This document shows, in pieces, positions 56,794 to 64,000 of a stretch of 64,000 nucleotides of DNA. The notes beneath the pieces are model-generated. The model had not been told where the DNA came from. It searched no databases and saw only the letters and a program-made list of their open reading frames with translations. Both the position numbers and the translations under genes were made by a program. The first letter of the stretch is position 1. The number at the start of each line of letters is the position of its first letter. The stretch is from Myxococcota bacterium (GTDB lineage: Bacteria > Myxococcota_A > UBA9160 > UBA6930), in the NCBI GenBank assembly GCA_965223705.1, contig OZ245015.1, positions 64,001 through 128,000 of the forward strand. Direction: 5' to 3'.

Positions 56794-58179
56794 CTACGGG
56801 TGTCGACTCGTCCAATCGCTCTCCTGCTGAACGGCGTAACCGGCGCGAAGAAGCGCCGATTCCGTCAAATGCGATCCGACGAGCTGGAAGCCGAACGGGA
56901 CACCGGCGCGGTCAAAGCCCCCGGGCAAACAAAGGGCCGGCGCCCCGACAAGATCGGCGGGCGCCGTAAACGCGATCAGACGGTCGACGTCCCCGCCTTC
57001 AATGAGTGCTTCGAGCTCCGCGTTGCTCGGCGTCGTTGTGTAGTTCGACGGCGCGATGATCGCGTCGACGTCCTCGAACATCGTCGCATACTCGCCGCAC
57101 AGGCGGAGGCGCGCGGTGTGCCCCCGCGCGTAGTCGATCGCGCTTCCGGCTCGCCCGGCATCGAGCAACGCCGAAAGTCCGGGACCATATCGATCGGCTT
57201 CCGCGGGATACGTCGCTTCGTGGGCGATCGCCGCTTCGGCGGCGCACAGGATTCCCCAGTGGCTCGAAGCTTCATCGGCGTTCGGGACCGTCACGGCGCA
57301 AATCTCTGCGCCTCGGTCGCGCAACACTTCGATGGCGGCTCGAATCGCTGTGACGGTCTCCGGCGCGACCCCTTCGCTGCAGTGCCGTTCGTCGAACCCG
57401 ATCCGGAGACCCCGAACGCCTTGTTCGAGTTCCGCGAGATAGTGGGGCACGGGCGCGTCGAGTGTGGTCGGATCCTTCGGGTCCTTGCCGGCGATGACGC
57501 CGAGCACCGCCGCAGCGTCCTCCACGGTCCGCGTCATCGGTCCGATGTGATCGAGCGATTCTGCCAGTGCAAATACGTCGTGGCGGCTGACCCGGCCCCA
57601 CGTGGGCTTGAGGCCGACCAAACCGCAGCAATGCGATGGAAAACGGATGGAACCACCGGTGTCGGTACCGAGCGACGCGAAACACAGACCCGCTGCGGTC
57701 CCCACCCCTGAGCCACTGGACGAAACGCCGGTCCAGTAGTCCCCGTTCCACGGGTTGACCGGCTGATGGACGTCGGGATGATGCACGGCGTACGCGCCTT
57801 CGGTGGTCTGAAGCTTGCCGAGCAGGACCGCGCCGGCCTCGCGCAAGCGCGACGCGACGGTTGCCTCACCATCGAGATTCCAGCCGCTCTCCGCAATTCC
57901 GCCGACCAGCGTGGGCGCGTCGGGCGTGGCGCACAGATCCTTGAGAGCGATCGGCACCCCGTGCAAGGGACCGCGAATGTGCCCTGCAGCGAGCTCCGCG
58001 TCGGCTTCCTTCGCGCGCTGGAGAGCGCGTTCCGACATCACATGAACATACGCGTGGAGGCGACCGTTCTCAGCCTCGATACGGCCGAGGAGTGCACGGG
58101 TGAGTTCTTCGCTCGAGATCTCGCGACGACGTAGGCGCTTCGAAACCTCGACCAGAGGCATGTAGTGAAGATCGGTCAT
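56794..58179 (-). CDS. Amidase (amidase-signature family)
   Basis: LKD, GVSSSGS, GTDTGGSIR, GLKPT.GRV. Confidence 0.92.
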   Translation of the reverse strand: MTDLHYMPLVEVSKRLRRREISSEELTRALLGRIEAENGRLHAYVHVMSERALQRAKEADAELAAGHIRGPLHGVPIALKDLCATPDAPTLVGGIAESGWNLDGEATVASRLREAGAVLLGKLQTTEGAYAVHHPDVHQPVNPWNGDYWTGVSSSGSGVGTAAGLCFASLGTDTGGSIRFPSHCCGLVGLKPTWGRVSRHDVFALAESLDHIGPMTRTVEDAAAVLGVIAGKDPKDPTTLDAPVPHYLAELEQGVRGLRIGFDERHCSEGVAPETVTAIRAAIEVLRDRGAEICAVTVPNADEASSHWGILCAAEAAIAHEATYPAEADRYGPGLSALLDAGRAGSAIDYARGHTARLRLCGEYATMFEDVDAIIAPSNYTTTPSNAELEALIEGGDVDRLIAFTAPADLVGAPALCLPGGFDRAGVPFGFQLVGSHLTESALLRAGYAVQQESDWTSRHP

Positions 58180-58235
58180 GGTGGGGCTCCTGACTCTCCA
58201 TGGGAAATCACCGCCGTCGGAAAGTCAACGAATAC

Positions 58236-58562
58236 CTACCGGCCCTTGGATTTCCGCCAGCCATACCGAGTGAATGACACCCGAGCGCGTTCATCGAACT
58301 CGACTCCCTCGGCTTCGAGCAGGACTCGCTGCAGTTCGCCGGCAGACGGATCTGCGCGCAGGCTGATCTCCCCTTTCGCGTTGATGACGCGATGCCACGG
58401 CACGTCGTTTCCCGGGCGGAGTGCGGCCAGGGCGTAGCCCACCTGTCTCGGCTGCCGAGGGAGCCCAGCCAAATCTGCGATCTGCCCGTAGGTCGCCACG
58501 CGCCCTTCCGGAATTTTCCGCACCGTGCGATAGATCCGGTCGTACGAAGATGCGGCGGTCAA
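58236..58562 (-). CDS. Alkyltransferase-like protein (Atl, MGMT family)
   Basis: IPEG.VATYGQIA, RQVG, VPWHRV (Trp at catalytic Cys position). Confidence 0.88.
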   Translation of the reverse strand: MTAASSYDRIYRTVRKIPEGRVATYGQIADLAGLPRQPRQVGYALAALRPGNDVPWHRVINAKGEISLRADPSAGELQRVLLEAEGVEFDERARVSFTRYGWRKSKGR

Positions 58563-59008
58563 TTGAGCACTGCGATCCCAGCGTTCAGATACGTCGCGAA
58601 CGACACCCACGCGAGATAGGGGACGAAAAGCCAACCGGCGACCCGGCTCACTTTGAAAAAGACTCGGGTCGTCGCGGCGATGAGCGCGCACAAAACTGCG
58701 ATCTCGATCAGGGCGAGCGCAACGGCGTGAATCCCGAAGAAAAGAAACGACCAGAGGGCGTTGAGCACCAGCTGCGCGAGCCACAAAGCGACTTCTCTTC
58801 CGAAACCCTTGGCTTCGAAGACGATCCAGCCCGCCACCGCGATCGCGAGATAGAGAAGCGTCCAGACCGGACCGAACACCGCATTCGGAGGGGTCGCCGG
58901 TGGCTTGGCCAAGGCTTCGTACCAGACTCCGGGCTCAAATTGCGCGCCGATCCATCCGGCGACGCCGACACCCACGAGAAACGGAAAGAACCTCACGACG
59001 CGTTCCAT
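58559..59008 (-). CDS. tspO: TspO/MBR protein
   Basis: WY..L.KP..TPP..VFGPVW, LN..WS..FFG, PYL.W..FA..LN. Confidence 0.93.
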   Translation of the reverse strand: MERVVRFFPFLVGVGVAGWIGAQFEPGVWYEALAKPPATPPNAVFGPVWTLLYLAIAVAGWIVFEAKGFGREVALWLAQLVLNALWSFLFFGIHAVALALIEIAVLCALIAATTRVFFKVSRVAGWLFVPYLAWVSFATYLNAGIAVLN

Positions 59009-59046
59009 TCGACTACGCTAGCGCCGCGAGAACGACCCAACCAAGA

Positions 59047-59826
59047 CTACACCTCGATTTCACCGCGCAAATACTCGACGACGTGTCCGGCCACGATGAC
59101 TCGATCACCGCGATCTTCGCAGAACAGCTCGCCGCCGCGAGCGGACAGTTGCCGGGCATGGAGCCCGCGGCGCCCCAAGCGTCGACTCCAATACGGGACC
59201 AGCGAGCAGTGCGCGGAACCGGTCACGGGGTCTTCGGCGACGCCCGCGCGCGGCGCGAAGAAGCGCGAGACAAAATCGCAATCGCGCCCCGGTGCGGTCG
59301 CGACGATCGCGAACGCGTCGATCGCCGCCAGAGCTGCGAAGTCCGGCCGAAGCGCTTCGATCTGATCCTGCTTCTCGAATACCGCGACGAGATCGCGCGA
59401 CGCCAGAAGCTCGGAGGGATTCGCACCGAGCGCGCGACCGACTTCGGGATCGAGCGCGCGCGGGATAGGGGGCCTCGCCGGAAAGTTCATCGCCAGACGA
59501 TCGCCGTCTTTGCGAACGCGTAGTTCGCCCGAGCGCGTGCTGAAAGAGACTTCATCGCTGCGCGAATCGTCGATCTGGAACACGACGTGCGCGCTCGCCA
59601 ACGTCGCATGGCCGCACAGGTCGACCTCGAGTTCCGGGGTCCACCACCGAAGTTCGAAACTTCGACCATCTCGAACTAAAAACGCCGTCTCGGAGTAGTT
59701 GTTCTCTCGAGCGATCGCTTGCAGCTGCGAATCCGGGAGCCAGGCCGGCAGGATGACCACCGCTGCCGGGTTGCCTCCGAACACGTGATCCGTAAAAGCG
59801 TCGACCTGGAAGATCGGGTACTTCAT
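59047..59826 (-). CDS. PhzF family isomerase
   Basis: QVDAF..GNPA, SETAF, EVDLCGHAT, EDPVTGSA. Confidence 0.92.
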   Translation of the reverse strand: MKYPIFQVDAFTDHVFGGNPAAVVILPAWLPDSQLQAIARENNYSETAFLVRDGRSFELRWWTPELEVDLCGHATLASAHVVFQIDDSRSDEVSFSTRSGELRVRKDGDRLAMNFPARPPIPRALDPEVGRALGANPSELLASRDLVAVFEKQDQIEALRPDFAALAAIDAFAIVATAPGRDCDFVSRFFAPRAGVAEDPVTGSAHCSLVPYWSRRLGRRGLHARQLSARGGELFCEDRGDRVIVAGHVVEYLRGEIEV

Positions 59827-59879
59827 AGTGGTGCAACCCTTAGCAGCAAACCCGAGCTCTTGACGACTGGAGGAAGCCC

Positions 59880-60797
59880 ATGAGTACTTTTTGCGAAGAC
59901 CGCGTCGCGATCGTGACGGGTGCCGGCAGAGGCATCGGCCGAGAGCACGCGCTGATGCTCGCTTCACACGGTGCGAAAGTTCTCGTCAACGATCTCGGCG
60001 GAGCACGCGACGGAGAAGGTTCCGACCTGGGCCCCGCCGACGCGGTCGTCGAGGAAATTCGGGGAGCGGGTGGAGAAGCCTTTGCGAACGGGGCGGACGT
60101 CAGTGATTTCGAAGCGTCGCGGGCGATGATCGCCGAAGCCATCGAACGCTGGGGGCGCCTCGACGTGTTGATCAACAACGCCGGAATCCTGCGCGACCGC
60201 ATGCTGGTCAACATGCAAGAGACCGAGTGGGACGCGGTGATCGGGGTGCATCTCAAAGGAACGTTCGCGCCTTCGCACCATGCAGCCGCGTACTGGCGAG
60301 AGCAATCCAAGGCGGGTGAGCCCGTATCGGCGCGCATCATCAACACCACGTCGGTCTCGGGGATCTATGGCAACCCGGGGCAGACCAACTACGGTGCCGC
60401 CAAGGCCGGCATCGCCGCGTTCACAGTCATCGCGGCTCGGGAACTCGGCCGTTACGGCATCACCGTCAACGCCGTCGCTCCCGGCGCACTCACTCGAATG
60501 ACGGAAGATCTCTACACCGGTGAGATTACGGACGAGATGCGGGTCGCCCAAAGTCCTCGCTGGATCGCGCCCATTGTGACCTGGCTCGCGAGCCGCGAAT
60601 CCGACGACGTGACGGGTCGGGTTTTCGAAGCGTCCGGTCGCATCCTCGCCGTGGCCGAGGGCTGGGTTCGCGGCCCCCGAGTGGACCCGATCGAAGACCC
60701 GACGGTGCTCGGCCCCGTCGTGCGCGATCTCGTAAGCCGCGCTCGACTCAATTCGGGAATGAACGGGGAAGGACAGGATGGCGGGCTCGCGAGCTAG
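59880..60797 (+). CDS. SDR oxidoreductase (hydroxyacyl-CoA dehydrogenase-like)
   Basis: TGAGRGIG, VNDLG, NNAGILRD, NYGAAK. Confidence 0.9.
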   Translation: MSTFCEDRVAIVTGAGRGIGREHALMLASHGAKVLVNDLGGARDGEGSDLGPADAVVEEIRGAGGEAFANGADVSDFEASRAMIAEAIERWGRLDVLINNAGILRDRMLVNMQETEWDAVIGVHLKGTFAPSHHAAAYWREQSKAGEPVSARIINTTSVSGIYGNPGQTNYGAAKAGIAAFTVIAARELGRYGITVNAVAPGALTRMTEDLYTGEITDEMRVAQSPRWIAPIVTWLASRESDDVTGRVFEASGRILAVAEGWVRGPRVDPIEDPTVLGPVVRDLVSRARLNSGMNGEGQDGGLAS

Positions 60798-61923
60798 CAA
60801 CGGTCCCAAGCGTCTCCTCTTTGTTTGCGTCGCGGCGCTGCTCTCGGCGGTGCTGCTTGAACTCGGGGTGCGCGCCGTCTTCGCTTTGCGAGTGGGACCA
60901 TCGGTCCTGCTGTACGGAATTCGCTCGCCCCAGGCCGAGGAAGTCACGCTCAGCGTGGAAACGCCTGATTTGAAACAGGGCTCCTACACGAAATTCAAGC
61001 CGCACCAAATCCGCGTCGACCGCGCTCATGCGACGGGCGAGCTGTTCCAAGTGACCATCAACGGTCGTGGCTTCCGAGGAGAAGACCCCGTTGTTCCCAA
61101 ACCGGAAGGTGTCCTCAGGATCGTCACGCTCGGCGCATCTTCTACGTTCGGCTACCACTCTCGAGAACACGAAACGTACCCACAACAACTCGAAGATCTG
61201 CTCAACACGAACGGCGAGCGTTTCGAGGTCGTCAACCTCGGGATACCTCACTCCACCTCGAGCGATCTCGTCGCCCTCTTCAAGGCCGAGGCGCTACCCC
61301 TAGAACCGGATGTCGTCACTCTCTATTCGGGGATCAACGACATGCACGACCGCCTCAACCCCCCGGCCGTGAAAGCCCCGGTTGCGGCTCCGCCTCCCTG
61401 GTGGAGGAGCGCTCTGCGTTGGGCAAAAGAACGCGTGCTGGTCCTCAAGCTCGTCAAGGATTTCGTTTTCCCGATGGGCTACGGCGACCAAGCTCCAAGC
61501 GATGTCGAACGCCACCGCATCGGGAAGAGCGAGCAGTTCTTGCAGAACGTCTCGACCGTGCATGAGGCTTGTCGGGAACGCGGGATCCTCTTCGTCGTCG
61601 CGACCCAGCAAGCGAAATCGATGCTTCTCCGAGACGGTGAGGCGCTGAGCGGCCTCACCTACGCCGAGGAAGTCGAGGTCGTTCGCGAAAAGCTCGCGGA
61701 GCTCGGGTTGATCAGTAGCCGTGAGCGCGACCTTCTGACGCACAACCAGCTGATGAACGACTTGCGAGTCTGGGCGCGGGAAAACTCCGTTCCTCTCGTC
61801 GATGTCATCGCCGCCCTCGACGCGGAACGAGATGTGTTGCTGAGCTGGGTGCACTTGAGCCCGAGAGGAAATCGCCTGATCGCCGAAGCGTTTGCGGAGA
61901 CGCTCCGGCGAGAGCTCCCCTAA
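60778..61923 (+). CDS. Membrane-anchored SGNH/GDSL hydrolase
   Basis: TM helix, LGASST (block I), NLG, GIND, WVHL. Confidence 0.82.
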   Translation: MAGSRASNGPKRLLFVCVAALLSAVLLELGVRAVFALRVGPSVLLYGIRSPQAEEVTLSVETPDLKQGSYTKFKPHQIRVDRAHATGELFQVTINGRGFRGEDPVVPKPEGVLRIVTLGASSTFGYHSREHETYPQQLEDLLNTNGERFEVVNLGIPHSTSSDLVALFKAEALPLEPDVVTLYSGINDMHDRLNPPAVKAPVAAPPPWWRSALRWAKERVLVLKLVKDFVFPMGYGDQAPSDVERHRIGKSEQFLQNVSTVHEACRERGILFVVATQQAKSMLLRDGEALSGLTYAEEVEVVREKLAELGLISSRERDLLTHNQLMNDLRVWARENSVPLVDVIAALDAERDVLLSWVHLSPRGNRLIAEAFAETLRRELP

Positions 61924-61950
61924 GAGCGGTCTCCCCGAAGGGCACCCACC

Positions 61951-61976
61951 TGCGTCCCTCCGCGAGCGGCTGCGTT
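61951..61976 (+). promoter_or_regulatory. Candidate ECF-sigma promoter (TGCGTC-N16-CGTT)
   Basis: Bipartite motif with ECF-like spacing upstream of arsI-like/ECF operon. Confidence 0.35.
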
Positions 61977-62008
61977 GACTAGGGTGAACACACTGCCAGG
62001 AGGACCCT

Positions 62009-62428
62009 ATGCGTCTACAACTCGCGTTGAACGTGACGGATCTCGAGCGATCCATTGCGTACTACAGCAAGCTCTTCGGGGCCGAGCCGCACAAACGGCG
62101 ACCGGGCTACGCCAACTTCGCCATCTCGGAGCCGCCCCTCAAACTCGTCCTCTTCGAGAACCCGAATGCCGGGGAACGTCTCAACCACCTGGGTGTCGAA
62201 GTCGCCGACGGCGACGAGCTCGCCGCCGCGGAGCGCCGCCTCGCAGAGGCCGGCCTGATCGACAAGATCGAGAACGAAACCACGTGTTGCCACGCGACGC
62301 AGGACAAAGTCTGGTCGGCCGAGCCGGACGGGCTGGCCTTCGAGTGGTACCTCATCACCGACGACGAGCCCGAAGCCGCGCTGCCGACACACCGCGGTTG
62401 CTGCGGCGCGGCACAGGCCCGGCCGTGA
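62009..62428 (+). CDS. ArsI/CadI family VOC metalloenzyme
   Basis: QLALNV, YANF...PPLKL, NHLG, TCCHA.QDK.W, C-terminal CC. Confidence 0.88.
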   Translation: MRLQLALNVTDLERSIAYYSKLFGAEPHKRRPGYANFAISEPPLKLVLFENPNAGERLNHLGVEVADGDELAAAERRLAEAGLIDKIENETTCCHATQDKVWSAEPDGLAFEWYLITDDEPEAALPTHRGCCGAAQARP

Positions 62429-62994
62429 CCGCCGCTCCGCCCGAAGCCAAGGCGTTTCGAGATCGACTCGAGCGCCTGGTTTCGCGGCGTCTTCCGGGAT
62501 CCCCGGACGCCGAAGACATCATCCAAGATGTCTTCTTGCGGTTCATTCGGCGACCGGAAGTGCTTCCGGAAGAGGATCCGCCGATCGCTTGGCTCAAGCG
62601 AGTTGTCGCGAACGCCGTGACGGATCACTACCGCCGGCGTGCGAGCGAAGCCCGGGCGCTCGCTCAGTTCGCAGGCGAGCTCGAAGTCGGGCCTTCGGCA
62701 AGTTCCTCAGAAGAACCCGCCGAGCGGCTTCGCCGGGACCTTGCGGATTGCTTGCGGCCCATGCTCGAGCAGCTCTCCGCCGAAGATCGCGAAGCCCTCG
62801 AGCTAACAGATCTGGGGGGCCTCTCGCAGCGCGAAGCGGCCGATCGCCTCGGAATCTCGCACACTGCGATGAAATCCCGCGTACAGCGCGCGCGGAAACG
62901 ACTCCACGCTCATCTCGATGCGTGCTGCCATATCGAATTGGACGCGCGGAACGCCCCCGTCGATGCAACGCTCCGCTCGAATCGCGGCCGATAA
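62425..62994 (+). CDS. ECF RNA polymerase sigma factor (SigZ-like)
   Basis: DAEDIIQDVF, WL...N...D.YRR, SQ.E.A..LG.S..A.KSRVQR, C-terminal CC. Confidence 0.85.
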   Translation: MTAAPPEAKAFRDRLERLVSRRLPGSPDAEDIIQDVFLRFIRRPEVLPEEDPPIAWLKRVVANAVTDHYRRRASEARALAQFAGELEVGPSASSSEEPAERLRRDLADCLRPMLEQLSAEDREALELTDLGGLSQREAADRLGISHTAMKSRVQRARKRLHAHLDACCHIELDARNAPVDATLRSNRGR

Positions 62995-63015
62995 GGCGGC
63001 TAGGCTCTCCGAGCC

Positions 63016-63453
63016 CTAAGAAGCGAGCGCTTCGACGACCCGTTGGCAAGCGTCTCGACAATCGCGGCATGCGACGTGCATCCCGGCGTGTTCGTTGCAC
63101 GCTGCGGCACAGGCTTCGCAAACGTCGGAGCACACCCGGGCCATCGCAGCCCGATGCTTCGAGTCCGTCGCGACGAGCCGGCGCATCGCCTCGCAGACGG
63201 CCGTCATCTCGTGCACCGCGGACGCGCACTGCGCCAAATTCGTTTCGCCTCGCTGAAACGATTCGAGACAGTGCGCCGTACATCGCTCACCCGTAGAGAC
63301 ACAGTTTCCGAGCGCAGTTTGCAGCGCGTCGTCGTGCGCGGAAGCATGATGGTGTTGTTCCATCGCAGCCGCGCCAACGCTCGGTAGGGCGGCGGCGGAA
63401 GCGAGAACACCCGCTCCTGCCAGCAATTTCCGACGGTTGATGGAGGGATCCAT
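63016..63453 (-). CDS. Tat-exported four-helix-bundle copper storage protein (Csp1-like)
   Basis: NRRKLL Tat signal, HHH, 12 Cys in Cx3C/Cx2C spacing. Confidence 0.85.
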   Translation of the reverse strand: MDPSINRRKLLAGAGVLASAAALPSVGAAAMEQHHHASAHDDALQTALGNCVSTGERCTAHCLESFQRGETNLAQCASAVHEMTAVCEAMRRLVATDSKHRAAMARVCSDVCEACAAACNEHAGMHVACRDCRDACQRVVEALAS

Positions 63454-63562
63454 GCACAGCCCCTTTTCGGGTTCGAGACCTAAAAAGGGAAACTTCGGAA
63501 CGCCCGTTCGGCGACTTGACCGACGCACGCAACGCGGGCTCGTGCGTGAGCAACTCCGCCTC

Positions 63563-63985
63563 TTAGTCCGGAATCTCCGTCGGCAGACCGGCTTTCTGCC
63601 AAGCCGTATAGCCGCCTTCCACGTGCAAGACCTTGGAGACACCCGCTTCGAGAAGTGCGGCTTCACCTTTGCGCGCGCGCGGACCGACTCGGCAGTAGAC
63701 GGCGACACCGTTCGACGCGTCGATCTCGGCGATTCTCTTCCCGACTTCTCGATAGGGAATGTGGACGGCACCCGGGATGTGTCCGGCGGCGAATTCCTCT
63801 TTGCTTCGCACGTCGAGCACCAGCGGTGCGGCGTCGCCTTGGCGAAGTTCGTGGAGCTCTCGGGGGCTCACACTGGGAGCTTCCGGGCCGGCGAAGGCCA
63901 GCGCGGTAAAAAGGCTCACCGCCGCGAGCGCCGCCGCGGCGATCCCGAGCTTTGCTGAAGTGCGCTTTTTCTCTTCCGCTCGCAT
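63563..63985 (-). CDS. Rhodanese domain protein with signal peptide
   Basis: VLDVRS..EF..GHIPGA, YCRVGPR, GG..AW. Confidence 0.9.
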   Translation of the reverse strand: MRAEEKKRTSAKLGIAAAALAAVSLFTALAFAGPEAPSVSPRELHELRQGDAAPLVLDVRSKEEFAAGHIPGAVHIPYREVGKRIAEIDASNGVAVYCRVGPRARKGEAALLEAGVSKVLHVEGGYTAWQKAGLPTEIPD

Positions 63986-64000
63986 GGTGCCCGAGCTTAC

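Noticed and set aside
59047..59826. Phenazine biosynthesis cluster
   Set aside because: Lone PhzF-family gene; no other phz genes nearby
1..64000. tRNA/rRNA, riboswitches, IS elements, prophage, selenoprotein read-through
   Set aside because: None recognised by eye; intergenic gaps are short. A covariance-model scan would be needed to exclude small RNAs

Overview
GC-rich, gene-dense bacterial chromosomal segment with about 85 CDS and almost no intergenic space. I found no rRNA, tRNA, CRISPR array, transposase, integrase or phage genes. A core block (rimO, rlmE, rplC, NAD-type isocitrate dehydrogenase, mfd, glpD-family) is surrounded by many small catabolic, redox and stress genes: SDRs, GSTs, amidases, CaiB CoA-transferases, VOC and NTF2 proteins. 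Main points of interest: (1) a translationally coupled operon at 3699-9168 joining an ICL/PEP-mutase-family lyase and a LeuCD-type hydratase to an exported PQQ dehydrogenase with the lanthanide-type WDYDG motif and an XoxJ/MxaJ-like protein; (2) rplC lying outside the S10 operon; (3) four genes whose apparent N-termini have no ATG/GTG/TTG and may start at CTG or ATC; (4) four short duplications with a 30-36 nt period; (5) a desaturase/reductase operon that may tailor lipids; (6) an ArsI plus SigZ-like pair next to a Tat-exported Csp1-like copper storage protein; (7) a class III cyclase with atypical base-specificity residues. All product calls come from recognising motifs by eye; no database searches were run.
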